64,000 nucleotides of DNA from the IMG/VR virus record IMGVR_UViG_3300047471_000189, positions 14,230-78,229 of that record. The stretch is one strand, 5' to 3'. Both the position numbers and the translations under genes were made by a program. This DNA is from a virus. Under the pieces are notes generated by a model. It did not search any database and was not told the origin of the DNA. It saw only the letters and a list, made by a program, of their open reading frames with translations. This document shows positions 46,593-54,012 of the stretch, piece by piece (position 1 is the first letter of the stretch; every line of letters begins with the position of its first letter).

Positions 46593-46775
46593 GCAGGTCG
46601 TAAGTTGTAACAGGTTAAGAGCGAGCTTGCCCGGCGGTAGGACCAGATTGACTACTTTTGCGGTGAGATCGTCACTGCTTTCGCCGAATCTGTTCTTTCC
46701 ACCAGCCCGAACCACGTTCCCGACAACTCGGGGCTAACGAGAAGCCGGTTCAGTTCTGCGTAACAAACGACCTGC
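46593..46775. ncRNA. Candidate ~183-nt multibranch structured RNA
   Basis: Terminal 9-bp inverted repeat GCAGGTCGT/ACGACCTGC enclosing CCGGC/GCCGG, CAGATT/AATCTG and CCCGA/TCGGG helices; no ORF in track. Confidence 0.5.
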
Positions 46776-46803
46776 GGGGTATGTCCTTATCGGACAAACG
46801 GCT

Positions 46804-46944
46804 GGGGACGACCTTGGTGATCGTCCCTGTATCTCCTTCCGCGCTTGGCGGATGAGAGGGAGGCCGGGACCAAAGATGAAAGGAGGGAACATTCCTTGGT
46901 CCCGGAAACGGGCCTGAAAGTATGTATAAGGAGGCGACCCGTTT
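46804..46944 (-). ncRNA. Candidate multi-hairpin sRNA with anti-SD (CCUCCUU) loops
   Basis: Consecutive stems including the perfect CCGGGACCAA/TTGGTCCCGG and AAACGGG/CCCGTTT, each enclosing AAGGAGG (+) = CCUCCUU (-). Confidence 0.45.
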
Positions 46945-46946
46945 AA

Positions 46947-47162
46947 CTAGCGAACTCTTGTAATCTCGTGCTTGCCTTGGATGTTCTTGAAGAAGAAGTT
47001 TCCGTGGCTGTCGGCCTGCTGGTATGCCTGAGCTTTCTCAGGTGGAACGTCGTGGACAGCAAATGTCCCGTTGTTGAGGTCCAGAGTCAGGCGCTGCGCC
47101 TGTGGATCGTACCGGGCCCCTTGTACATGCGAACTGGGCTTCAGCTTGAGCGGTTGATCCAC
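46947..47162 (-). CDS. KTSC-domain protein
   Basis: SSHV....YD.....L.....NG......VP.......ADSHG.FF..NI pattern. Confidence 0.85.
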   Translation of the reverse strand: MDQPLKLKPSSHVQGARYDPQAQRLTLDLNNGTFAVHDVPPEKAQAYQQADSHGNFFFKNIQGKHEITRVR

Positions 47163-47314
47163 TACTTGACCCTCTTGAGCTTGGGGTTCTTAGCCTTTGC
47201 CGCCGGGCTTGCTTTCCGGGTCGCAGACGCTAAAATGGCTCCAGCCGATTTCTTGCTGTAGCCTTCTCCTTGAATCTTGTTTTGAACTGCTTTGAAGCCG
47301 GGGTGTTTTGCCAT
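47162..47314 (-). CDS. Small basic protein (50 aa)
   Basis: AAGGAG RBS; MAKHPGFKAVQ...AGAILASATRKASPAAKAKNPKLKRVK. Confidence 0.7.
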   Translation of the reverse strand: MAKHPGFKAVQNKIQGEGYSKKSAGAILASATRKASPAAKAKNPKLKRVK

Positions 47315-47334
47315 GTAGCTCCTTATGAAATTCC

Positions 47335-47434
47335 CAGAGAGAACAGACGCTAACGGAGACGCCCTTTCGGGCATTCTTAGCTCCCGGGTTAGGGGAGTTT
47401 TAGGCAAGAAGTAACCGTCAACTACACTACTCTG
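47335..47434 (-). ncRNA. Y-like RNA copy 3 (two-hairpin insert)
   Basis: CAGAG/CTCTG closing stem; UAGUGUAG, GGUUACUUC and CGUCUGUUC shared with the YrlA-type copy; GCCC-GAAA-GGGC hairpin. Confidence 0.75.
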
Positions 47435-47442
47435 AGTAAAAC

Positions 47443-47579
47443 TACTGGAAGGAACAGACGAACTCGGAGATTTTAGCGTTTTACCTTTAAACTACCGGCC
47501 CCCGAAGGGACCGACCGGGACTCGAACCCAGAACTCTTTCATTAGCATTGAAGTAACCGAACTCTACACCATTCCAGTA
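47443..47579 (-). ncRNA. yrlA: YrlA-type Y RNA with circularly permuted tRNA-like domain
   Basis: 8-bp closing stem; T arm CUGGG-UUCGAGU-CCCGG, acceptor stem capped by cUUCGg, then UA-GUUU-AAAGGUA-AAAC D arm; immediately downstream of the Ro60 gene. Confidence 0.88.
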
Positions 47580-47585
47580 AAAGAT

Positions 47586-47603
47586 GTGGGGGCGAACCCC
47601 CAC
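47586..47603 (-). terminator. GC hairpin between the Ro60 stop and the Y RNA (terminator or processing signal)
   Basis: GTGGGG-GTTCGC-CCCCAC followed by ATCTTTT on the minus strand. Confidence 0.5.
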
Positions 47604-47605
47604 GG

Positions 47606-48931
47606 TTAGGATTGTCTTTCAAGTTCCTGAATGTAGTCTACGACAGCTTCGGACCATCCATCAATCCGGACCCAGTCTCTTCCGCCGATTCCGTTCTGGT
47701 AAGAAGCAACGTTCAGCATGTATCCCTTGGTCCCGACTAGCGGGTTTCCGATGTTGGTTGCGGATTGCTCGTCGGTTAAGACGATAACCCGGTCGTAGCC
47801 CTTCGAAGCAGCCAGCATAACCGCCGCCTGTGTGTCAGTTCCGTGTCCGAACAACCCGCTGCCGATTGCGTCGTTTAACGCGAACCCGCGACGGGGAGGA
47901 ACGAACCCGGCAGTCGATCCGAAGGCTATGATCTGGCAGTCGTCGCAGACTTCACGAAGCAACATGGCCAGAGCAGCCGCCGCGTCCCGACGGGAGATTT
48001 CCGACTTTCCGGATACAGTCGACGACATAGAACCAGAGGTATCTACGCAGAGGACCGTCTTTCCAGACAACTTAGGTGCGTCGGCCAAGCACTTGAACAT
48101 AGCCGCTTCCAACTGCGGTTCGAGCGACGGAGCGTACTTTGCAGCCGAGATGAACCGGAAAGGAAGGACACGTTCGACCTTCATCTTCGCCAGACCCTCG
48201 CGGATCAGGCTATCCGATACTCCGGACCCCTGCATGTTACGCAGGTTGCGAAGCAAAGCCATTGCCCCGAGCTTGTTCTCGGACAGCAGGCGCTCAAATG
48301 TTCCCTTCTTGTCAGAGCCAGCGCTCAAGGAAACTTCCCATGTGTCCGGGGTTTCCAGAGTCTGGTCGACGATCTTCTTGAACAGCACAGTCTCGTCGTT
48401 GGACGAAGGCTTTGCGTGTGTCAAGAACAGAACGTCCCGCAGCTTGATGGCCGCGTCTGACTTCTGCCACTTGGCGAATGAGTACTCGTTGAACTTGTTG
48501 AAGGCCGCAGCCAGACCCTTCTTGACCTGAGCCGAGAGGGGCTGCTTGCCATCCTTCCAGTAAATCGCGAGAAATTCCGCGATCTCGTCCGGACGCTGGA
48601 TGACACGGGTGAGGGTTTCCCCTACCAGCTTGCGGGCTTCCTTGTTCGGGTGCCGGGCAAGTTCCCGTACCAAGAACAGCGGGATGTGCCGCAGCTTCAT
48701 CTTTTCGCGGGCTTCGACAGCGATCTGAGACACTTCAAACGGATCGGCTTCGAGCAACGCTTCGCGGACGTACTGGGCGTGAGAAACTCCGTCCACGTAG
48801 AAGCTGTCTTCCCACAACAGCGAGGCCATCACCAACCGGCGAAGCTTCTGGCTCTTGTTCAGACGGGCAGCCTGTGCTCCCTCGTGGGTGCGCTCCAGTA
48901 CCGCCGATGCTGCATTCGTGTTCGTTCTCAT
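47606..48931 (-). CDS. rsr: Ro60/TROVE-domain RNA-binding protein with C-terminal vWA domain
   Basis: LWEDSFY, LRHIP, QRPDE, FNEYSFAKW, LRDVLFLTHAKP, TWEV.LS, ALLRNLRN, LPFRF; vWA MIDAS VDTSGSM and LTDEQ. Confidence 0.93.
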   Translation of the reverse strand: MRTNTNAASAVLERTHEGAQAARLNKSQKLRRLVMASLLWEDSFYVDGVSHAQYVREALLEADPFEVSQIAVEAREKMKLRHIPLFLVRELARHPNKEARKLVGETLTRVIQRPDEIAEFLAIYWKDGKQPLSAQVKKGLAAAFNKFNEYSFAKWQKSDAAIKLRDVLFLTHAKPSSNDETVLFKKIVDQTLETPDTWEVSLSAGSDKKGTFERLLSENKLGAMALLRNLRNMQGSGVSDSLIREGLAKMKVERVLPFRFISAAKYAPSLEPQLEAAMFKCLADAPKLSGKTVLCVDTSGSMSSTVSGKSEISRRDAAAALAMLLREVCDDCQIIAFGSTAGFVPPRRGFALNDAIGSGLFGHGTDTQAAVMLAASKGYDRVIVLTDEQSATNIGNPLVGTKGYMLNVASYQNGIGGRDWVRIDGWSEAVVDYIQELERQS

Positions 48932-48961
48932 GACTTCCTCCAGCCGAAGCTCGGATGATTA

Positions 48962-49029
48962 AGACCGGGAATAAGCGGAAAGGGTAGTTTTTCATGCAAG
49001 AGAAGTAACCCTAGCCTTCACCACGGTCT
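48962..49029 (-). ncRNA. Minimal Y-like RNA (68 nt) in the rsr 5' leader
   Basis: AGACCG/CGGTCT closing stem; UGGUGAAG, GGUUACUUC and CGCUUAUUC core motifs without a tRNA-like domain. Confidence 0.7.
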
Positions 49030-49044
49030 GACTTGACTAAAAAC

Positions 49045-49053
49045 ATTGTACCA
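49045..49053 (-). promoter_or_regulatory. Extended -10 promoter for the Y RNA/rsr unit
   Basis: TGGTACAAT (TGn-TAcAAT) ~15 nt upstream of the Y-like stem. Confidence 0.55.
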
Positions 49054-49091
49054 CAACGAAACTCGATTGTATACCCTAATCTAAAAATAAT

Positions 49092-49328
49092 TTATATCGA
49101 CCGTTCTTCTTTGTCCCAAGTCTGCGGCATGTGGGTAGATACTTCGGCCCGGAGTATCGGAAGCTTTTTCTCATCTCTTGCGACTTGAAATGCCTTAGTG
49201 AAAAGTTCCGTGTCAGACTTACTATCCACTTCTTCTTGGCTGACTAACCCTAACCCGAGGGCGATCCTCAGTTGCAAGTAATGCGGCAAGTTCATGAAAT
49301 CGTAGGCCAAACGCCTCTCTTCCGTCAT
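49092..49328 (-). CDS. Hypothetical protein
   Basis: ATGA-coupled to the HNH gene. Confidence 0.55.
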   Translation of the reverse strand: MTEERRLAYDFMNLPHYLQLRIALGLGLVSQEEVDSKSDTELFTKAFQVARDEKKLPILRAEVSTHMPQTWDKEERSI

Positions 49329-49927
49329 GCTGCTACCAACTCTTTCTCAATTTGAGAAACTTGGTCCATCCAGTCGGCTATACGGCGGTGTTCTTCCGAG
49401 GTTCCGTTGTTCTTGATTCTGTTCGCACGATAAGATATGACGGCTATATTGCCGGGGACGTACCCAAGTTCGGGATTGACGCGATCAAGGCTTGGACAAG
49501 CGTCTCTGTTGTCGTCTGCGGAACCGCGAACCAATTTGATTCCGAGTATGGGACAGAATTCGGGAATTACGATATCGGTGTCGGCGATTGTGATTGGTAA
49601 CCCAAACTTCTTTGCCCTTTTACGGGCTTCATAAAGCAGGGCCTTTTCTGGTTTCTCGTTGGCATACCGGCGGTTGTACTCCAGAAAGTAGTCTCTGTTT
49701 TCCGCTTTGTAGACTTTATTTCTCTCCGATATTTTCTCGGCATTATTCCGGTTGTACGCCTTACGGGTTGCTTTTACCCGGTCCTCATTACCGGATGTCC
49801 ACTCTTTCGTATAAGCTCTGTGGCATTCTTTGCAGTAACTTCCACGACCATCTGGGGATTTAGAACACTTGGTCATTTCATCGAGAGGTTTTGCCTGCTC
49901 ACATTTCGTACAAATTTTAGTTTCCAT
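49325..49927 (-). CDS. Free-standing HNH-type (homing) endonuclease
   Basis: CTKC...YCKEC zinc finger; CPILG, SLDRV...GYVPGNI.VIS.RAN. Confidence 0.8.
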   Translation of the reverse strand: METKICTKCEQAKPLDEMTKCSKSPDGRGSYCKECHRAYTKEWTSGNEDRVKATRKAYNRNNAEKISERNKVYKAENRDYFLEYNRRYANEKPEKALLYEARKRAKKFGLPITIADTDIVIPEFCPILGIKLVRGSADDNRDACPSLDRVNPELGYVPGNIAVISYRANRIKNNGTSEEHRRIADWMDQVSQIEKELVAA

Positions 49928-50009
49928 GTTTCCTCATCTGACCATGAGTGAGTTGAGGCGGCGGGTCAGCACCGCCTCTTCCCGTTCATTTCGATTTATT
50001 ACTGAACCC

Positions 50010-50018
50010 ATTATATCA
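50010..50018 (-). promoter_or_regulatory. Extended -10 promoter upstream of the HNH gene
   Basis: TGATATAAT on the minus strand in an AT-rich intergenic gap. Confidence 0.55.
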
Positions 50019-50077
50019 CAGTTTCGTGATTGCGGGAAATAAAAATCGAAATTATTTTGTTCTGCGTAAAGTATTGA

Positions 50078-51061
50078 TTACGAAGAACTTGTTTCGCTCT
50101 GGAGCCGACGGAGCGTCATTGTCGAGCCCGGACGAAGTGTATTTGTGTAGCGCACGTTGTAACTGACCCAGCCGCCGATTTGACGGGCGGGATCACTTAC
50201 GCTGCCTTGCTCGGGTGCGCTCTGGATGAACAGCTTGTAGTTCTTACTGCCGTCCTCCGGGTTCTTTCCGAGAAAAACTGAAAATATGGCGTCGTCGCCG
50301 AAGATGTACGTATTGTAATACGTATTTCCGGAGATGGTCACCGTCGGTGCCGTGCTGGTCTGCTTGAACGTAACACCGGCGAACGAAATGACGTCATCGT
50401 TCTTGGGCAGTTCGAACAGCATGTTCCGCATCGAGTCCGAACGCTTCACAATGTCAGTCAGACCATTGAAAGACGTGTCGTTCAGGATGTCGCGGACCAC
50501 GTTCGGGTGGATCACGCCACCAAACTTGTTGTCCACGAGCGGGCGAGCATTGACGCTAACCAAGGACTGGACCGCAGAGCGAAGGTTGTTCGCGGTGAGG
50601 TACGATCCGTTGGCCAACTGAATGTTCACCAAGCTGTCGACCGCAACAGCCGAGTCAGCGGTAAGCTGGACAAGGGTGTTCAGGGTCAAAGCGAGGCGGT
50701 AGTTCAGTTCGTTCGCGAGGTTCTGGAGCAGACCCGGGTCATCGATTGCCACGTCCAGAGCGAGGTCGGAGCTATTGATGAAGTCAGCGTACTGACCAAT
50801 CGTAGCCACGATCTTGTTGCTGGACTCGGAGATCGGCGAGCCTACCGTGCCTTCAGCAGCCTGATTAAGGTTTGCTGCAAGCAGGGCGTAGGTGTAGAAC
50901 TGGATCTGGTTGCCTTGGCGCAACGGCAGCGGACGCTGCTTGGTCATGCTAAGGAAGGGGGTCTGGGCCTTGAGGTTAGGAATTGCTTCCCGCTCATAGT
51001 GGATTGCGACTAGGTTCGGGAGCGCCCCAGACGTGACGATTGATGCTGGTGAATAACTCAT
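50078..51061 (-). CDS. Major capsid protein (HK97 fold, N4-gp56-like)
   Basis: 327 aa after scaffold; LPLRQGNQIQF, EG, QYADFI..SD, IHP, DP..Q.G motifs; strong AAGGA RBS. Confidence 0.85.
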   Translation of the reverse strand: MSYSPASIVTSGALPNLVAIHYEREAIPNLKAQTPFLSMTKQRPLPLRQGNQIQFYTYALLAANLNQAAEGTVGSPISESSNKIVATIGQYADFINSSDLALDVAIDDPGLLQNLANELNYRLALTLNTLVQLTADSAVAVDSLVNIQLANGSYLTANNLRSAVQSLVSVNARPLVDNKFGGVIHPNVVRDILNDTSFNGLTDIVKRSDSMRNMLFELPKNDDVISFAGVTFKQTSTAPTVTISGNTYYNTYIFGDDAIFSVFLGKNPEDGSKNYKLFIQSAPEQGSVSDPARQIGGWVSYNVRYTNTLRPGSTMTLRRLQSETSSS

Positions 51062-51083
51062 GGTTATTCCTTTGTTTGTTTAG

Positions 51084-52247
51084 TTACGAGCGCCGGACTT
51101 GGGCTACACGGGAGCGCCGATACGCAGCTAATGTGGCTGCGATCTCTTTGTCTGACATGTTCTCAAAATCCTCGGCTGAGGGCGCAGTCGGAGCTTCCGG
51201 GGCCGCGACGGATGTAAGGTCGCTTGGCCGGATTCCTAATGCCGCTCTCGGGCGCGTTTCCGTGCGAACAATCCGTTCGTCGGGACGCTGCACAGGGGCC
51301 GGTGCTGAAACCGGTACCTGCTGGGTTGTTTCCGCTGAAGGCGGAGCTTGTTGAGGTTTGGGTGCTCTTACGAGATCCCCGTCGCCGCTTAGATCGGCAA
51401 ACGCCTCTTCTAACGTTTCGACTGTCCAGTTGCCTGTGGCATCAAGCTCAAACATACCGGGCGTAACATCGGCCCCATCGGGTATGATCTTTGAAAGCTT
51501 GTATTTGGATAGCCATTGAACTAGTGATATAAAATTCTGACTCTCCGGATCGTTATACCAATCCGGGTTGCGATTCAAGAAGTTCCGGCAAACCGATTCG
51601 GTCCGAAGGTTTGCGTCAGCGTTCGCGCCTTTTTGCGCGAGTGCGACAAGCTCGTCGACGGATTTTCCGGTTCTTTTCTGGAACCACGTTTCGAGAGCCA
51701 AGTCTGGGTTTGAACCAAGCTGGGTCTGAATCTCGAAAATCTCATCGCCGGTTAAGACCCTGCCCAGCGTCGGGACGGCTACAGGCTGAACAGTGCGGGC
51801 GGGCGCGTTGCCCAGCTTCACTTGCTTGTTCAGTTCCCTGATCTTCTTCGTCGCGTTGAGTTTGGCTTTCAGGACGTTGACTACGAGGCCGTCTTTATTC
51901 TTGCCCCAGAACACTTCTGGGTTGGCACCATTGCCCGGATCGAGGGTGGCTTTCCACTGCCCCTTTTCTTTATCCAGAATGATGGAGCCGCCGTCTTCAA
52001 GATCGATGACTTCCGGGCCCTGCGGTTCCTGCGAAACAACGACGGGGTCGGCAGGGGCCTCTGGCTGGCGAATAACTCCGCCTTCGGAGATAACCACATC
52101 CGGCGTCAAGCCGGGTTGAATGTCTACATGGATGTCGGGGTCGTCGATCTCATCGTGCGAGGTCATTCCGAAATCTACGGTGGAAGCAAAAGGGTCTACA
52201 GTTCCGTCGGCATTTACAAGCCACGGATCGATTACAGGCTTTGTCAT
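51084..52247 (-). CDS. Capsid scaffolding protein
   Basis: Immediately upstream of the capsid gene; acidic/Pro-rich; C-terminal EDFENMSDKEI. Confidence 0.65.
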   Translation of the reverse strand: MTKPVIDPWLVNADGTVDPFASTVDFGMTSHDEIDDPDIHVDIQPGLTPDVVISEGGVIRQPEAPADPVVVSQEPQGPEVIDLEDGGSIILDKEKGQWKATLDPGNGANPEVFWGKNKDGLVVNVLKAKLNATKKIRELNKQVKLGNAPARTVQPVAVPTLGRVLTGDEIFEIQTQLGSNPDLALETWFQKRTGKSVDELVALAQKGANADANLRTESVCRNFLNRNPDWYNDPESQNFISLVQWLSKYKLSKIIPDGADVTPGMFELDATGNWTVETLEEAFADLSGDGDLVRAPKPQQAPPSAETTQQVPVSAPAPVQRPDERIVRTETRPRAALGIRPSDLTSVAAPEAPTAPSAEDFENMSDKEIAATLAAYRRSRVAQVRRS

Positions 52248-52291
52248 ATCATTGTCCTTTGTGATAATCCATCACTGCGGAGGATTGGTTT

Positions 52292-52306
52292 GTCCATTAT
52301 CTGGAC
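52292..52306. repeat. Dispersed 15-bp motif copy
   Basis: GTCCATTATCTGGAC, intergenic. Confidence 0.85.
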
Positions 52307-52309
52307 TGG

Positions 52310-52792
52310 TTAGTAGATTTTGTTTTCGTTTCCTTCGATAAGTTGAAGGGGAGGGGGATAGAAAGGAACGTATCCGTATTCTCCGGGAATTTCCTTATCA
52401 TAGAGTTCCAAGATTTCTCTGGCCCACCTAACAAGGTCTTCCGGTCTTTGGCCGTATGGTTGTTTACTTACCCATAGCTCCAAGTTTTCTGGAGAGTTGT
52501 CCTGCTTTCGGCCATTTTTGTGGTGAACGTTTTCGGAGGGAAGCAGGGGTCTCCCAAGAAGCTCGCTCATGATAAATCTATGTTCAGGGACCCTCCCCGA
52601 AGAGTCTGAATTAGGATGATCTGGTTTAAATAAGAGGAGATAACCTTTGCTTAAACTGCCGCTCCCCTTGGGGCGAACTATCTTTATTTCTCGGCCTGTT
52701 CGCTTCTGTTCGTAGTGGGTCTTGCACATCCCTCCGCATCTCGCTTTTTTATAACAGGGTTCGAAGGAACATTTCATTTCGTTCTGGTTCAT
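52310..52792 (-). CDS. Free-standing HNH endonuclease
   Basis: EHRFIM...GRPL...ENVHHKNG.KQDN..ENLEL; N-terminal C...C......MC..HY. Confidence 0.9.
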   Translation of the reverse strand: MNQNEMKCSFEPCYKKARCGGMCKTHYEQKRTGREIKIVRPKGSGSLSKGYLLLFKPDHPNSDSSGRVPEHRFIMSELLGRPLLPSENVHHKNGRKQDNSPENLELWVSKQPYGQRPEDLVRWAREILELYDKEIPGEYGYVPFYPPPLQLIEGNENKIY

Positions 52793-53130
52793 AATCTCAT
52801 ACTCTTTGACACATCCGAAGCGTCTCTGACTTCCACCAACGCTCGCATGAAATCTTCTGGCGGGTTAGCCGCAAAGTCCACGGCGTTCTCCAAGTCAATC
52901 TTGAACTTGGCTGCAAATTGATGTAGGGCGTAAAGCGCGGCTTGCGAAGCCACGACCGACGGGTCCCCGGGGATCAAATTCCTGACTTGATCGTCCATGT
53001 CTTGGACATAAGAGTCGATCACTTCGAGAAGATAAGGCCACGTGGGGGAGACTACAATCGACCGAGCCTTGCTGCCGAACTCGTATGTTGCGATGTCTTG
53101 ATCTAGATTCGGGTAGTAGGATTCTGTCAT
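52789..53130 (-). CDS. Hypothetical protein (portal-adjacent)
   Basis: Coupled ORF. Confidence 0.6.
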   Translation of the reverse strand: MTESYYPNLDQDIATYEFGSKARSIVVSPTWPYLLEVIDSYVQDMDDQVRNLIPGDPSVVASQAALYALHQFAAKFKIDLENAVDFAANPPEDFMRALVEVRDASDVSKSMRL

Positions 53131-53336
53131 TTCTGGCTGTCCAGAATCTTGTCAAGGTCGACGACCCGAACGGCTTTGGGCGCTGGGGCCGGGGCTACCC
53201 GGCCATCCCGGCCTGTCTTGGCTTTGTGGGCGGCATTGATGAGCTTGGTAAGTTCTTCCTCGGACATGTTGTCGTAATCTGTCCCGGCTGCCGCTCCGTT
53301 GATGTTTTGAAACTGCGGTTGAAAAGGATTGTTCAT
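53127..53336 (-). CDS. Hypothetical protein
   Basis: GGAGGAG RBS; YDNMSEEEL resembles the scaffold C-terminus. Confidence 0.6.
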   Translation of the reverse strand: MNNPFQPQFQNINGAAAGTDYDNMSEEELTKLINAAHKAKTGRDGRVAPAPAPKAVRVVDLDKILDSQK

Positions 53337-53971
53337 TTTGTCTCCTCCGCGTCTTTGGCTTTCCGGCGGGATTCTCGAACGTACTCCATAACTTTCCGTA
53401 TCTCGAAGGTGGATCGGTTGTTTAGGTCTTCGAAACTAAGATCGAGAAAATCGGCTTCGATTAGGGGCTCGTTACGTGCGTAAAAAGTACGGGAGGTAGG
53501 TATGAATTGGATCTCTGGTACTTCTTCCCCCTCGTTCATGGGTGCTTCTATCCCGGCAATCGACAACCGACTGAATGATGGTTGCCGTCTCCAGAAGGCG
53601 TAGTCCCCGTCTTCCGGAAAAAACTTCCTCAAACAACCAGTACATACCCCAACGTCCCGGATAGGGTCAGTAGGAGATATTCGGTGCCACACGATACTTG
53701 TTCGTCCGGCTATGTCTGGTACTGATCCCCCAGAGCTTGTACCGGCAATATGCGAGCAGTCTCTCTGGATCTTGTCGGTTATTCCTTGCTGTTTCTCTCG
53801 AAGAAGTCGACCCTGTTTCCGGGACTGCAATTCTCTTTCGAATTGCATAATCTCTTCAAAAACGACTTTCTTTCCTTCGTCTTTGAGTTGAGCTAAAATC
53901 TCCGGTCGGGTGACAAATTCTTTGAGTATCGGAATTGCTTTGAAAATTGTTTCTTCTTGTTCCGGTGTCAT
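53333..53971 (-). CDS. Cys/His domain protein (paralog of 41911-42489)
   Basis: CSHIAG...IAGRTSIVWH...VGVCTGC. Confidence 0.65.
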   Translation of the reverse strand: MTPEQEETIFKAIPILKEFVTRPEILAQLKDEGKKVVFEEIMQFERELQSRKQGRLLREKQQGITDKIQRDCSHIAGTSSGGSVPDIAGRTSIVWHRISPTDPIRDVGVCTGCLRKFFPEDGDYAFWRRQPSFSRLSIAGIEAPMNEGEEVPEIQFIPTSRTFYARNEPLIEADFLDLSFEDLNNRSTFEIRKVMEYVRESRRKAKDAEETK

Positions 53972-54012
53972 TCTTATCTCCTAGTGAAAATCCTTCACCA
54001 CGGATGATTGTT

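Noticed and set aside
47315-47407. N-terminal extension of ORF 47162-47407
   Set aside because: Overlaps the Y-like RNA; a strong AAGGAG RBS supports the ATG at 47314
47478-47531. Canonical tRNA gene suggested by the GGTTCGAGTCC T arm
   Set aside because: Arm order is T, acceptor, D with a UUCG-closed acceptor stem and no anticodon arm or CCA; it is the Y RNA domain
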